A stretch of DNA of 39,553 nt from Nemertoderma westbladi (GCA_032718475.1 JAUCBJ010003825.1:1-39553); one strand, 5' to 3'. Shown: positions 22,728-37,000, counted from the first letter of the stretch. The notes: generated by a model from the sequence alone, not told the origin. Made by a program: numbers and translations.

Positions 22728-25043
22728 GGCCTGGTTGCACACATTGACTTAAGTTAAGTAGAAAACTTAAATTAAGTTTAAGTACGATAAAAATTGGTAT
22801 TGCGTTGCACAACAATTTTCTTAACTTAAGTAGATACTTAAAATTTAGAGATAAGTGTCTATTTTTAAGTCTGCCAAAAACGAATCTTAGTGAATTTATT
22901 ATTAGCTATTATTACAATTATTTAATATTAGCGGAAATTTCAGTGTTACCAATATTATGTTTACCAAGCCGTCGCCCTCAGAATAGGAAATCGTACCCCA
23001 CGCGGCCAAACATTTACGAATTGTATAATGAAACAGAACTTTATGACCGATTCCGGTTTTGCAAGGACAATTTTCGGTATATCTGCAATCTGATTCGTCC
23101 TGAACTCGACAGAATCCAAGCTGGAAACAAAGGCCTGACTGTTGAAGTTGAAGCTGGCAGTGACCCTTATGCCTTATTTTATGCAAGTGTGAGCTTCCTG
23201 AATCTAGCCAGCTACTGTAGCTGGAGACAGTTTGACAATTCACAAATCAACCACTAGTTCAATCACCCTGGCCCGAAAATTAAACCAGTTTGTGAAATTC
23301 CCTTCTACACCCAGCGAAATTCAAAAGTTTAAGCACAATTGCTGCTCCTTACGGCGATCAAGCGCCTACCTTAACAGAAACTGGTACAGTAGCATTAACG
23401 TTCAGGCAATTTGTGATGTAAAATGTTAATTTTCGAACATGGTCGCTGACTGGCCAGAAAGTGCCCATGGTGCCGTATTTGGTCCACTAGCTCACTTGGA
23501 ATGGAGTACGATCAGGGAAAATGAAATGAACTAATTTTAGGCGATAGTGGCTATCCGCGGATAGCGGATTAACTCCGCTTCTCAACCCACAGACTAAAGC
23601 GGAAATTAAATACAACCGGGCGCAAATCAAAACACGCAATGTTCTGACAAACCAAAACGATATTTGACATTTGTTTCCAAATTACATATCAAACTAGCAA
23701 ACCATTGTACTGTACTCTAGACTAATGTAAATTACATTATGAATGATGAATTGCACAGTATATTATATTAAACAATTATATTATACTACTGTATATTTAG
23801 CACTGTTTTCAGATTCACAAGTAGTCTCCAGAAACAAAATATCCGCTGTGGCATCCACCATGCCATCCGGAGCCGCGGGAGGGAGCATACCAGTAAGAGC
23901 CGAAACTTCTGCTTTTGCCTTAATTGTCTTCAAATAGATAAGATAGCGGTTCTCTCGGATCAACTGGCGATTCTCCGCAGTAGTAGGGGTTTGGCCGGCT
24001 CGGTGACAGTTGGACCCCACTGACACCCATTGGGTGTCATATGACACCCAATTATCACTCATAGGGTGTCATTGGCGCGAGACTGTCAGGGTGACACCTC
24101 ACAATTAGGCTAATTAGACCCTAATTGACGGTTATCATCAATTAATTAGTACATTTAATCCCTAATAGGTGTCTTATGACTCCCAATTAGGGTTTAATTG
24201 ATTATTCTAATTAATCACACCGATTAGCGCCCTGCAGCTCTGACACAATGGGTCATCAGTGTTGTCCAACCATCACCTAGAGGCCCAAATGGGTGTCTTA
24301 AGTGACACCTCTGGTCTTATTTTTATTGATACGTAATTATTTGTATTTAAGTTGGTATTTAAGTCAGTAAGTTATTTAATTTGTTCGACTTTAGGCTCTG
24401 GTCCAAGTCCATCAGGATCTAGCCGTCCTCTTATAGGTCTGGTATTACACAATGTCATTATTAATGACGTCTACATCGTTTGTATATAATCATTGTTATT
24501 GTTGTTATGTTGCTATGCAACGTTACGCAATTCCTTGTACTGTTAGCCTAGCTCGTTCCAGCGTTGCAACACTACTGAGTAATTCAGTTAGCTAGTTTTT
24601 GTTAGCTAGTGAAATTTTTTAAAATTTTATTGTCTTGTAATTTTATTTGATATACAACACTTTGCTTGGAAAGCCAAAATATTCTAGAATAAGCAAAAAA
24701 ATGTACCATAAATAAAATATAAAAAATAAATTTTAAATAGCTAGTATTTTGAAAAATAGTAGCTACCATAAAATATTATGTTGGATGAATGTAGTCTATG
24801 TTCTAGAACAAAATATTTAAAAATCAAAGAAACTTTATAGCTAGTGGAAAACAATTGCATGGGGGTGTCGACATGGCGAACTAGTACCGTTCTGAATTCT
24901 TAACTTAAGTACCTACTTAGTTAAGAAAACTTAAATTTCGAATGAGCAACGCAATTTTACTTAAGTCTAAGTGCCTACTTAACTAAGTTGCAACTTAAGT
25001 AAAAAATAGACACTTAACTTAAGTCAACGTGTGCAACCCGGTC
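22728..25043 (+). mobile_element. PIF/Harbinger DNA transposon, decayed
   Basis: 32-bp TIRs GGCCTGGTTGCACACATTGACTTAAGTTAAGT and GACCGGGTTGCACACGTTGACTTAAGTTAAGT (3 mismatches); TTA TSD at 22725-22727 and 25044-25046. Confidence 0.9.
22957..23650 (+). pseudogene. Harbinger (HARBI1-like DDE) transposase pseudogene
   Basis: Fragments across frames: LYDRFRF..FRYICNLI, FYAS, FVKFP, SINVQAICD, LGDSGYP, EIKYNRAQIKTRN; frameshifts and stops. Confidence 0.8.
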
Positions 25044-25550
25044 TTAGACTTGCAAATTGCAAATATGGTCAATTGAAAATGGTGTGTTTTCCACTTCTCG
25101 ACTCATTTATTTATACATATATATTCATATTTATATATACATATATTTATTTTACATTTACTCAATTTAACAATAGTAAAATAAATCGGAAATACTATGA
25201 TTAAATATTTATTACTCAAACACATTACGTTAAAACCTTTACCTTGTAGATGATACACAACTAGCAAACTATGTTAAAAAAGTCAAGGTTGCATGCAATC
25301 AAATGATCAGCTGGCAGTCAGCTGATCGGTAGGTTTCAATTTGCAGCTGAAGGCATTCTGTCACTGACATTACCGGATCGGTTTGGAGGCGATTAATCTG
25401 ATAACGAAAACTTGGAAATGCGATCTAGTCATTAAATGATATTGCCTTAACTGGACTAAAATGTCATTACAATTTCATTATTAAACTTATTTGAAAACAA
25501 TTTGAAAGCATTTGAAAGTTATCAGAACATTCAAATTACACGTTTCAATA

Positions 25551-25551
<1 letters not shown>

Positions 25552-25583
<32 letters not shown>

Positions 25584-25969
25584 GAGGATCGGCATGCTGC
25601 ATTGCAGCTGCAGTTTTAAGAATGCTGTGCCGGCTTATCGACAAAATTGCACCACCACAAAACCCATGACATTTGCTAGATCATCCGCATCTTCAAGGCC
25701 AGTGTCCTTTAAGATGCGTCTCAAGAAAGTCATGGGCTGTCCACCATGCTTATTCACTCCATGAGGCTGCCAAAGTACAAGATTATGCACTGGCTGGTCC
25801 TCACGGCGAAAGCAATGTCCTGCAAAGCAGAGGCGATTTTGTTCTAGTGTCAGGCTTGGGGGAACCAATGAGACACCTCCAATGTTATATAGTGTCTCGT
25901 TGGAGATGTGTGCATTGTACTTGACACAATGAACCCGGCGTAGCATTCTTGTGAATGTGCCATCCAGAG
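25552..25969 (-). mobile_element. 5'-truncated RTE LINE 3' end with (TAG)n tail
   Basis: Near-identical to 32714-33120; RLCFAGHCFRREDQPVHNLVLWQP; (CTA)n at ~25551-25583. Confidence 0.9.
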
Positions 25970-26439
25970 TATTACGGTATATGGCGCTGTACTTACATTA
26001 TGTAATATATTAGTCCGTTATACTGTACATATATTAGTCCATCATACAGTATAATATATTAGTTCATTATATAGTATCATATATTAGTCCGTGATGCAGT
26101 ATAATTATTTAGATAAGGCATAACGCGCAATGATATTTAGATAAGGAAAATAAAACGCCCATATATTTTGAACTCATCCATTTTGTAGTATGTAGCCCTA
26201 CCTATGTAATTTTGTAATTTTGTAAATTAGATAGTTCCAGGGTAGCAAGTTCTTGTTGGACCCTGGATATGGGCTTGCTGTTATTAGCCTTGATGGGGCT
26301 AGCTACTGGTTTTAATTATCTCTATAATTGCGCTAAATTAACCTTTGTGCATGATATTATTAGTACCGCCAAATTAAGCATCGGGAAAATTACCTTTTAT
26401 GGTAACGATTTGCGATTTCAAGGAGCAATAGGTTCACAA

Positions 26440-26600
26440 TCCGGCTCTCTTATTGGCCTAACTGCTTCCAGGTTGGTCTAATGATAGCTCGGATTGGGGA
26501 GCCAATGAGAGATCGATTGCATCATCCCTCTCAAATCACCTATAAATTGGCGTTTTGCCGGTATGTCTGTACCTTCAGTTACCTTACCCCTCACTTCAGT
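26440..26600 (+). promoter_or_regulatory. Pol II promoter-like cluster, probably LTR-derived
   Basis: Several ATTGG/CCAAT boxes, TATAAA at 26541, initiator-like TCAGTT ~30 bp downstream. Confidence 0.4.
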
Positions 26601-28744
26601 TACCCTTCATGTTCAACTATTATTTGATGCTTAGTTTTTTGTGTAAATTACTGCCCTTTTGATTTTCTTGCAATGATTCGCTAATTTGCAATTTCTGTTG
26701 ATTCTTGTTTGTGTTTCTCAATCAATCCCAACGATTACTGTTAATTACAAATTGGAACTATGATTTCTACCCTTTAGTAAATGGTTCTATGTGATTCCTT
26801 TCGACACAATAATCCTACGGGATTTCTTAGACTGTCAGACTTTGAGATTTGCATGTGCCGCTACGGTAGCTATTCATTCTGATGGAGGGCTAGGTTACCG
26901 GTAAGCGCGGCGGGCGCATTGGGGGGTTAGCGATGAAGGGGGTGCGGAGGATTCAAAGGCGAGCAACATTGGTGGGAGTACTATTGCGGGTGCAAGTTTG
27001 TGGCGTAGAGTGGGTCAGGTGCGCCGGTGCAGAAATTAGGGGCTGATGATCCAGATTTTGTCTCTATTTTGTAGTATTAGTGGGACAGGAATTGGGTTAG
27101 TTAGGAAGCCTAGATGTAGCCGGGAGAGACCTGCGTGCTTTACGTTGCGAATTGCTATCTGACTGTTGATTGTGAATTGTGCGTTAAGAACTAAAATTGG
27201 TAAGTATAAACTATAGATTGTTACGCTGGTTGGTGTGTTACTAAAGTGTGCCTAATAAATCACGAATGCTTGGATAGGCGCTCTTTTCCCTTTGATTGAT
27301 TTCTATTTCTTAGTTTACTGTAATTAATTACTGATTAGGTCGAAAATAATACGGTATTTTAGACTGTTGCTAGTGTGACCCGTTGCGTAATAAATTAGAA
27401 TTACGCACTCTGGAATACTTAGTAATTAGTACGCCGTTACATATCTGTGACTGTAATTAATTAGTAAAATTAAGAATTTGTACGCAGCATAGCGGAGGGT
27501 AGTTAAGGTAATAATTTAGAGTACCGTACACTATTCACGCTGGGTGGTTATTTGAATTAGCGGACAATAATTCACATCGTAGTATACAGTATATAGCGCG
27601 CATTAGTAAATTGCTGGTCTAAAGCCAGCCGCAGGTAAGTTTGAGTCCCGAAATAAACACTGTACCGATTTTTGATTATTTAAATACTCTCACATTCACA
27701 CATTCTGTTAGGGAACCCCAGTCTTTGGGATTAGATGCGATTGGATGCGATTAGATTAGATTAGAAAGGATGTAATTATTAACGCGTTTTAGCAGCTAGA
27801 TTAGGTCGTAAGAATATACTCTGAGTGTAAAGTCTCTCACACTCGTTTTAAGTCAGCTTAGGGAGCCGATTCGGGTTATTGTTTTGGTTATTCCCGCGTG
27901 GCTCATATATTCGAACAGTTAGCTCTCTATCGGGTAATCGGCAGAGAAAGGAACAAGAAATTAGCAGGAGCCGTAGAAAATTAGTAAAATATATTAGCGG
28001 ACAGCAGGTTAGCGCCATCCAACGGTGAGTAGCGGTATGTTAGATAACCGCTTAGTTGTTTTATACCATCTGGAGATACATGGCAAGACGGAGCTTCTGA
28101 GCTTGGGGTTCGTGTGGGTCTGCGGGTTCGGTTTGCAATCAGCGAAAAGACTGAAACTTTGGACGCGGACGTGGAATCTCACAGCAAACAAGGTTAGTTG
28201 TTCTGTTGGCACCATTGTGTTTGTGGAAGCAGTAAAAAATTATCGGTTGTTTAACTGCGAAGTTGAACTCAATTTATTAGTTAGGATAGTTAGGTTTAGC
28301 CGACCATGGATTTTTGAATCGCTCGAGTTAGAGAGAGAGAGAGAGTCGTAACCCGAAGATGTAGCCACGCGCTAGTGGATACATATAATATTTGAAATTA
28401 AAATTGCGTTGATTAGAGTTATATATGTAAATTTAGAAATATTTGGGTGGCAAGTTTATTTTGAATATTTTGTATTAGATTCAAAAAATTATTTGTGTCA
28501 TACCGGACTGGTATTTAAATACTATATAATAGAGCTATAGAATAATATTTTGTTTAAATATTGTACTGGTATTTGCTAAAATTAGACCCTATTAAATTCA
28601 CAATATTGCATTGCGAATTTATTTGACATTTTGGACCAACTAATTATTTGACAATAATTTAATCGTATTTTCGATTAAATTATATATATATATATATCTC
28701 GAATATTTGCGAGATTTTGCTGGAAGGCAAATACTATTTAGACT

Positions 28745-31700
28745 ATGAGTGTCTCAGAGAAGGAGGCACTAGAGGACAGCTATGAGACGGCGGCAGGACC
28801 GCCGACTGACGATAGCGTTAATATTATTGTTGACGACAATGCCGACTATGACGACGCAGCGAGCGAAGCTGACGTAAGTGAACAGGAGGACGAGACAGTA
28901 ACCAGTGAGGAAGAGCAAGCAGAGGTAATAGTATTAGGATCCCCTACCGCTACTGTAAGGAAGGATTGTACAGCAACCCGGCCAGAGGTGAGTGATAGGG
29001 AGGGTAGTGTAGCAGAAGCGAGAGCCCGGAGCCCGGTTTCCAGACCTGTGGGTATGGTAAGTGCCGTGGTCCCAGCGGCTGTAAGGAGTACCCGTAGTTC
29101 CCGAAATAATCCTTCAAGTCCACCGAGTGTGAGTCAGGTAAGCGAAAGAGAACTTGACATCGCGATAAAGAAGAAACTTCATGCGCATGCCGGACATATA
29201 ACCCGGACGGCGGACAAGGTAAGGAAGATGTTAGCCGACTCAGTGAACATTGGACGGGAAGGGTTAGTAGAGATTAGAAAAGGATACAACTCAGCGTTAT
29301 TCAAACAGACGGAGGAGCTTGCAGTCCTGGCAAAGAAGGCAGTAGAGTCTCAGTCGAGCGACATGGCGACGAGGATTTATGATAGGGTTTTAGCAGCCTT
29401 GTTGGAGCACCGCGCGTTATCGGAGCGATTTCGATGAGTTAGGACGGAGAACTGGCTGCTATGGGCATCACAAGCGCAGGCGACTCAGGTGAGTGACACA
29501 GAGTCAAGAAACTTAGTGGAGCGGGAAGAGACTCAGGATAAAGAAGAGCGCCGTTATCAGAGGGAAGTTACCAGCTGGCTGATGCAGAGTGGAGTGGTGG
29601 TACCTGGCCAGGTGCTACCAACGATGGACAACATCCAACAGAGAACGTTAACTCCACCCGACAACGCATCCAGAGACAGTGGCGATTCCCAGGTTAGTCA
29701 CGCGCGAGGGAAGATTATATGTGCTAGATCCCTTGTTTCTCACAACTCGGCGGAGGAGAGAAGACACCGACTGGACGAAGAACAGGCGGAAGTTTTGCGT
29801 GCATCGGAAGCACGGAAGGAAGCCGAGCGGGAACGGGAGCAAACACGTAAGTTGGAAGCGGAGCTACGAGAGTTGGAGGACATAAGTAAGCGCGAACGAG
29901 CGGAATGCGAGCAAAAGGAGCGCGAGCTTCAAGCCGAACGCGAGCGCAAGGAACGCGAGCTTCAAGCCGAATGCGACGGCAAGGAACTCGAGCTTCAAGC
30001 CGAACGTGAGCGCAAGGAACTCGAGTGGGAACAGAAGGAACGCGAGCTTCAACTCGAACGCGAGCGCAAGGAACGCGAACTCCAGATCGAGAAAAGGAGA
30101 CGCGCGTTGTATGAAGAAAAGGAGGGTGTGGAAGAAGAGAGTGCAGCGAGACGAGCGAGGGAAGAAGAAGAACGTAAACTGGGGCAGTTGGAAAGTGCGA
30201 GATTAAACCTAGAGAGCGAGGAACGGACTAGAAAGGCGAATGAAATCGCCGAGAAGGGGATGCGAATGATCGAAGAATGTGGGGCGAGTGTATGTACTGA
30301 GTTGCGAGAACTGTTCGCACTGCAGAAGGCCGAACAGGAAGCGAGAACTCCGACTATACGCGAGTCGACGACGACCAGAATTCCTATACCCGGTCCAGCT
30401 ATTACGAGTACTCGGATCGCTAAACCATTCTCTACATATCGCACGCCAGTTGGTATTAGTGCTTCACCCATCGCGCAGGATCCACGTCATTATCGCACTG
30501 CACCACTACACACTGAACGGAACAACGAAGAGTTTAGAGGAGAAACTCCGACGGGCCGAGTATTTGGCGAACCGAACCCGCGGGTTTGGAATACGCGGAC
30601 GGAGCGCCGACCCAGTTCGACGGAGAACTTCCGGGTTAAACCGGAAGAGGGATCATATGAGAGACAGCGGATTACTCAGATAGAGCCGTCTACACAACAG
30701 AACCCTAGCCAGGAATTTATTACGAGGGATGAGTTAAGTGCTAGTTTAGCGCAAGCTATATCGCCACACATCCAACCTATAACGGACATGCTTAGTAACC
30801 TGCAGTTAAAGGAAGCAGCCCAGGTAAGAAGTAATTCTAATCCTAGCAGGCCTGAGTTAGATAAAGTCCAACCTAGTCAACGAGTACGCATATCGGAGGC
30901 AACTATACCACATAGACCTCAGGTAAAGACGCCTGTCCCGACTATCCATAATCCCGATTTCGAAAATTCGGCCGAGCAGTTTATACAAGAAGCCTGGGTC
31001 AGGGCCTCGGCGCGCAAACCAACGCGAGCGCTAAGGACTGACACCGAATCAAGTGATGAAGAGGAAGACATGAGACGTCAGAAGTCCCGAAACTATAAGG
31101 AAAGAAGGACAGACGCGGAGCAGGTAAGTTTTAATCCCCGGGAAAGGACCAGACTTAACAACCCTGCGGAACTAAACCATTTGTTAACCCAGAACGATGC
31201 AACCCTTAGAGACATAGGTAAGTTTGCTGCTAGGCAAGGACTGCCGACGCAACAACCCCAGAAGTTTATGGGCAACCATAAGCATTGGAGGACGTTCAAA
31301 ACCTATGTCGACGAGCAGCTGACCAACAGCACCTTTACTCCCAACGAGAAGTTCAACTATTTGCTTCAAATGCTCCATCGAGAACCTAGAGCCATTGCTG
31401 ACAACTTCGTTGGCAATGAAAGAGCATTCGAGTTAGCAATGAAGACGCTTAGCAACATCTACGGGAATAAAACCAAGATGGCACAGTCGATAGTAGAAGA
31501 CTTGGGTAAGGGTGGAAGGATTACAACTCCGTTAGAGCTGTTGAACTTAGCGAACGCTATTTCGAACGCATTAGACATTTTGAGGACGGTGAATCTACCT
31601 CATCATGGTGATCACGCTGAAGTTTTGAAAAGCGTAATAAGATGTTTAAACATGCGTTACCGACAGAAATGGCGCAAATTAGAGAATAAGTTGGAGGGTC

Positions 31701-32713
31701 AAGGTAAGGTGTTGACACTTCAGCATATTCATGACATGATAGCCACAGACGCAGTCGCAGAGATGAAATCAAACTTCTCAGAGGAGAATATGAGAGAGTC
31801 TAAACCTGTTACCGGTAAGTCTATGGTAAGTTTTGATGATGACAGGACCACTGTGACATTTAACTCAGTAGACAAATATAATTCGAGTACCCCAGCCTTT
31901 AGATCAGACTCGCGAGTATGGTCAGGTGAGCGGTTAGATAGACCTAGGTTAAAGCAACAGGAGTTGCCGGATGGATTTGTAGGTTGCCAATTCTGCTTAC
32001 TGAAGGAGGTAAGATCTGACGACCATAAGTTAGATAGTTGCAGATGGTTCAAAGAATTAACTTCAGAACAGAGAAGAGTTCAAGTGCGGACGTTGGACAC
32101 CTGTTGGGCATGTCTTGCGCCAGGTCATGTACGGCAGCAGTGCCCGAACAGCAAGGACGGATGCATGGAATGCGGCAGACTACATCACAAGTTGCTATAT
32201 GCGGATTTCCACACCCCAACGGACCGTTACTTACAGCGAAATCCTCAAAGGAAGGGGAGCAGAGAACCCGTAACGATAAGAAGAAATACGTACACCGGCA
32301 TTCAGGACGATGGTTATCAACCAGGTTCGTCGGATGAGGATGGCGAGTCGAGCGCAAGAGAGGTGACCTGCCAAGGTTTCACCGCGGATAGTTCATCGAC
32401 CAGCGCGCGGATGTATTTATCATCGGCCATGTCGGAAATATTTAGCGTGATTCCGGTGAAATTTACTGGAGATAAGGGATCTAAGCGAATATATGTGATG
32501 TTGGACACTGCGTCCACATTATTGTATATCGACGAGGAAGTGCGAGAGCCGTTTCTAGCTTCCAGGACGCAGAGGAAATCCAAATAGAGTTGAAGTCTAA
32601 GCACGGGGTAGGAGATCTCAAGGGACACAGAATTTCGGTAGAGCTAGACTCCCTACTTCCGAGAGACCAACATACTCGACAAGAACGGAGAGCTTTGCCA
32701 TTGGACGGATTCA
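28745..32713 (+). pseudogene. BEL/Pao gag and aspartic protease, disrupted
   Basis: ORFs 28745-29437 and 29489-32587 share a frame split by TGA; E/R/K coiled coil; PQKFMGN..WRTF (DUF1759-like); zinc knuckles CQFC..H..C, CWACLAPGHVRQQC, CMECGRLHH; protease MLDTAS; frameshift near 32560. Confidence 0.88.
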
Positions 32714-34070
32714 CTACTACTACTACTACTAGGATCGGCATGCTGCATTGCAGCTGCATTTTTAAGAATGCTGTGCCGGCTTGTCAACAAAATTGCACCG
32801 CCACAACTCCCTATCACCCATGACATTTGCTAGATCATCCGCATCTTTAAGGCCAGTGTCCTTTAAGATGCGTCTCAAGAAAGTCATGGGCTGTCCACCA
32901 TGCTTATTCACTCCATGAGGCTGCCAAAGTACAAGATTATGCACTGGCTGGTCCTCACGGCGAAAGCAATGTCCTGCAAAGCGGAGGCGATTTTGTTCTA
33001 GTGTCAAGCTTGGGGGAACCAATGAGACACCTCCAATGTTATATAGTATATAGTATGATGTGTGCATTGTACTTGACACAATGTACCCGGCGTAGCATTC
33101 TTGTGAATGTGCCATCCAGAGATTTGGTGTCCTCAGCAGTTAGAGCCCAGCATGGACTCCCGTAGAGGAGTACTGGAACTACTGCTGCTCTAAATAATCG
33201 GACCTTAAGTTTCCGATTAATTCTAGGTGACTTCCAAATCCTGGAAAGCCTATTCAAGGCTGCCCATGCCTTTCCCTTACGTATTTGAAGGTCCTCACCT
33301 GACTTCCGGATCCATGATCCCAGGTAACAGAAGTCGTCCACATGCTCAAGCATACCATCCTTTGAGCTTATGCTCATCCGATCAGAGACTTGCTGAGGAC
33401 TTTCAAAGTTAACTGTCAGAATTTTGGTCTTTCTGGAGTTAATAAAAAGACCAACACTAGAAGCAGCATGTTCTAATGAGCTGAGGAGCCGCTGGGCTCC
33501 CTCTAATGATTCTGAGAGTACTCCTAAGTCATCAGCAAAGTCTAGATCAGTTAGGTACTTGGCAGGATTTCCTCGACTTCTGGAGCCAGTAGGTGGAGTT
33601 ATCATCACCCCATCATCATTATGACGATCTAAGGACATGCGTAGAACATAGTCAACCACAATAATGAACAAGAATGGTGCAAGCGTGCCTCCTTGGAGTA
33701 CGCCCCATAACACTTCAAATGGTTCTGTGTCACCGTCAACAGTAGACACAAATGTTGTCGAACCATCGTATACTGATCTGATTGCTGCAATAATTTCATC
33801 AGGAATCCCATATAATGAAAGTATGCTGAACATACGTGAGCGAGAGACTGAATCAAAGGCCTTGAAGAAGTCAACAAAGATAACAGCCAGATGCCTGTCT
33901 TTCTTTTTTGATAACTCTTCAATTATCCTTCTAAGTGCCAAAATGGGCTCCATGGTCCCACGACCTTTACGGAACCCATTCTGATTTCCACGTAGCAGTC
34001 TCTCAATGGGATCCCTGATGCGATTTAATAGAATTCTATTGTATAGTTTTGCAGCAATCGAGATCAATCA
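32714..34070 (-). mobile_element. 5'-truncated RTE-clade non-LTR retrotransposon inserted in the BEL/Pao pol gene
   Basis: RT motifs QNGFRKGRG, VDFFKAFDSV, GVLQGGTLAPFLF, LDFADD, FCYLGS; (TAG)n 3' tail; TSD GACGGATTCA at 32704-32713 and 34071-34080. Confidence 0.95.
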
Positions 34071-34080
34071 GACGGATTCA

Positions 34081-37000
34081 AGTGTCTAGCTATGAAGGGG
34101 TTCGGCAGGTAGTTAGGTAAGGTGCCACCGATGAGTCCCATAGCACAGGAGTATTTTGACAAACTCAGAGTACCCAGACACCAGGTAGGTTATAGGAATG
34201 TTTCTATGTTGATTGGTGCAGAACAGCTGATCGCACACCAGATATGGGAAACGAGACCAGCTGAGCCGCATGTAAATGGACCACATGCCCATAGGACTAT
34301 ATTAGGTTGGTATACACGAGTACCCATGTCTTATGAGTTTACAGGTGCCGACAAGCCAATAGATAGATACGATGAATTACAGCCTATAACTCAACCACCG
34401 TTAGTAGAACCACCAGACATAGACGAGTTTAGGAGAACCTGTATTGACCATTATAGTGACGTTAGCGAGTCGGACGAGGAGTTGATTCCCGATAATGTTA
34501 GGTTATCGGAACCACTCCACAATGACCGGACAGATAGTGAACCCGAGGACTACTGTTATCAGACCCGTGGGTCTGGTTCAGCGGTTCAGTCTACCTATTT
34601 GAGTAACGTTTTGACTTATACCGACATAGTGGAGGGTCAGGTGGCTAAATATCGAGACCTAGACATTTTCCAATACAGTGAGGAGGAGCTACAGAAGGAA
34701 TTGATACACCAGGACCTCGAGACAGGAGCCAGAACCGTCGAATGGCTGGATAGGGACGCAATGGAACCCGGTGGATATGACCTAGCCATGTCCACTGATG
34801 AGAAACGGTCGCTAGAGATGATGGAAGACACCATACGTCTGCTACCAACTGGACATTTTGAAGTTGGAATTTTGTGGCGTCGACAACCTGCTAATAGTTG
34901 GAGAACAACTACAGCTTAGCCTTGAAAAGATTGAACGGAGTAAGGGCTCGGTTGTTGAAGAATCCGGACATTAGGGAGAAGTATTGCGCTCAGATCAACA
35001 ACTATTTTGCCAAGGGATTTGCTGGGAAGGTAGAGGACCCTGACTTAGTGACAGACCAGACTTATTACCTCCCACACCACTATGTGACTCACCCTGACAA
35101 ACCTGACAAAGTCCGAGTAGTCAACGACTGCGCAGCAGTCTACAGAGGTATGTCCCTGAATTCAGAGATGATGGACGGACCCAACCTGAACAATTATTTG
35201 ATAGGAATACTGTTGCGTTTTAGACAGCGGCGATTCGCATTTACTTGTGACATCGAGGCGATGTTCCACCAGGTAAGAGCCTGTAAGGCAGACCAGGATA
35301 GCCTTCGATTTCTCTGGTTTGAGAATGAAGACCTATCCGGCCCAGTGGTTACATACCAAATGTATGTCAGGATATTTGGTGCCCGCGATAGTCTAAACGG
35401 CACGCTGTTTGTTCTAAAGAAAACGGCAACAGCCCAGATTGGTAAGTATCCAGTAGAAGTGATCGAGTCTATATTGAGAAACTTCTATATGGACGACGGA
35501 TTGGTGTCCAAGGACACAGCAGAGCAAGCCATAGAAGTAGCTCACGACCTACAGGAGTGCTTGGCTACAGGGGGATTTCCTCTGACTAAGTTCACCACTA
35601 ACTCGGAGGCCCTATTAGAGTCGTTCCCGGTGAAAGATCGCGGGAGCGGAGACATTGCATTGGGGGTAGAACCCATCCCCATGGCGCGAGTACTGGGACT
35701 CGCTTGGAACCCGAACACGGACAAGTTCCAGGTAAGAGTTAGATTTGAGCCCAGTAGTCCAGACAAAGTTTTGACAAAGAGAATTTGCTTATCGACATTA
35801 AGTAGACTATTTGACCCGATGAACTTTATCAGTCCGGTAATATTACAGGCATGAGCGTGCATGAGGAAAATTTGGTTGTCCGACTTAGAGTGGGACGAAC
35901 CAATATCTCCTATACATGCAAAGCAGTGGAGAGAGTGGGAAGCCGAGTTACATCTATTGAAAAACATAGATGTACCCCGTTCCTACTTTACGAATCAGCT
36001 GGTATTTCCAGCTGATCTCGAACTCCACCTATTCAGTGACGCAAGTGACACCGGCTTTGGTATGGTAGCCTACCTTCGCCGAGAGGTAAGTCAGGACAAG
36101 TTTGAGACAGCTTTTGTGACTTCTAGATCAAAGACAATGCCGGTCAAATACATGACTGTCCCTTGTGCAGAGTTACAGGCGGCAGTAGTTTCAGTTGAGG
36201 TAAGTAAGCAGATAATAGAGGAATTAGACACGATATTGACCTTATTTTATTGGACGGACGCATCCTTAGTGTTAGTATACATTGCGGCCGACAATATTGC
36301 ACTAAAGACATTTGTGGCCAACAGATGCGCTCAGATCGTCGATTTTTCGACGAAGGAACAATGGAGACATTGTCCGGGAGTGTTAAACCCGGCCGACATA
36401 ACTTCTAGAGGTGCAATGCCGGCGGAATTCTGTCAGGAAGAGTCGCAGGAGTTTTGGTTGCATGGACCTGATTTTCTAACGAGGACACAGGAACATTGGC
36501 CAGAGTGACTAAAGATAGTGACAATCCGATGCCAGAAGATGCAGAAGTCAAAGTGGAGAAAGTCTCTAAGTCAAAGTCTAAAGCCAAACTCAAGTCATTG
36601 GAGCGGCCTGAAGAGTCATTGGAGCGGCCTGTAGTCATTGGAGCGGCCCGGAGACCTGTCAGACCAACAGACTTACGTGACTACTAGGTCAGGAAGGGTA
36701 AGTTATGACATAAAACCACCCTTACAGACTACCCGAGGGTCACAGTTGGTAAGTGACGGACAGAAAATGACCGACACAATGGAGCCTTTGGTTTCCAAAC
36801 CTGTGGGTTTGGATTCGAAACTTCCATTAGTTAGCGGACAACTGTTGCTGGCATTAGAGCCATGTAGTATTTATGACAAATTACTAAATTCGTCTGCCTC
36901 TTGGCTGACAATTTGTAAAAGAACTGCGTGGTTAAGCCGATACGTTTCGTACCTTTGTTTAAAACATTCGAAACATTTGGGAGAACAAATGAGCACTAAT

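Noticed and set aside
28008-28027. Primer-binding site (TAGCGCCATCCAACG resembles a tRNA-Lys PBS)
   Set aside because: It does not start with TGG, the match is imperfect, and the LTR end cannot be fixed without the 3' LTR.
32540-32600. Programmed gag-pol ribosomal frameshift
   Set aside because: The shift falls inside the protease domain with no slippery heptamer, and BEL/Pao elements normally have one ORF, so it is better read as a mutation.
36594-36648. Triple GTCATTGGAGCGGCC repeat as a regulatory element
   Set aside because: A local slippage duplication (periods 21 and 19) that simply shifts the frame in the pol linker.
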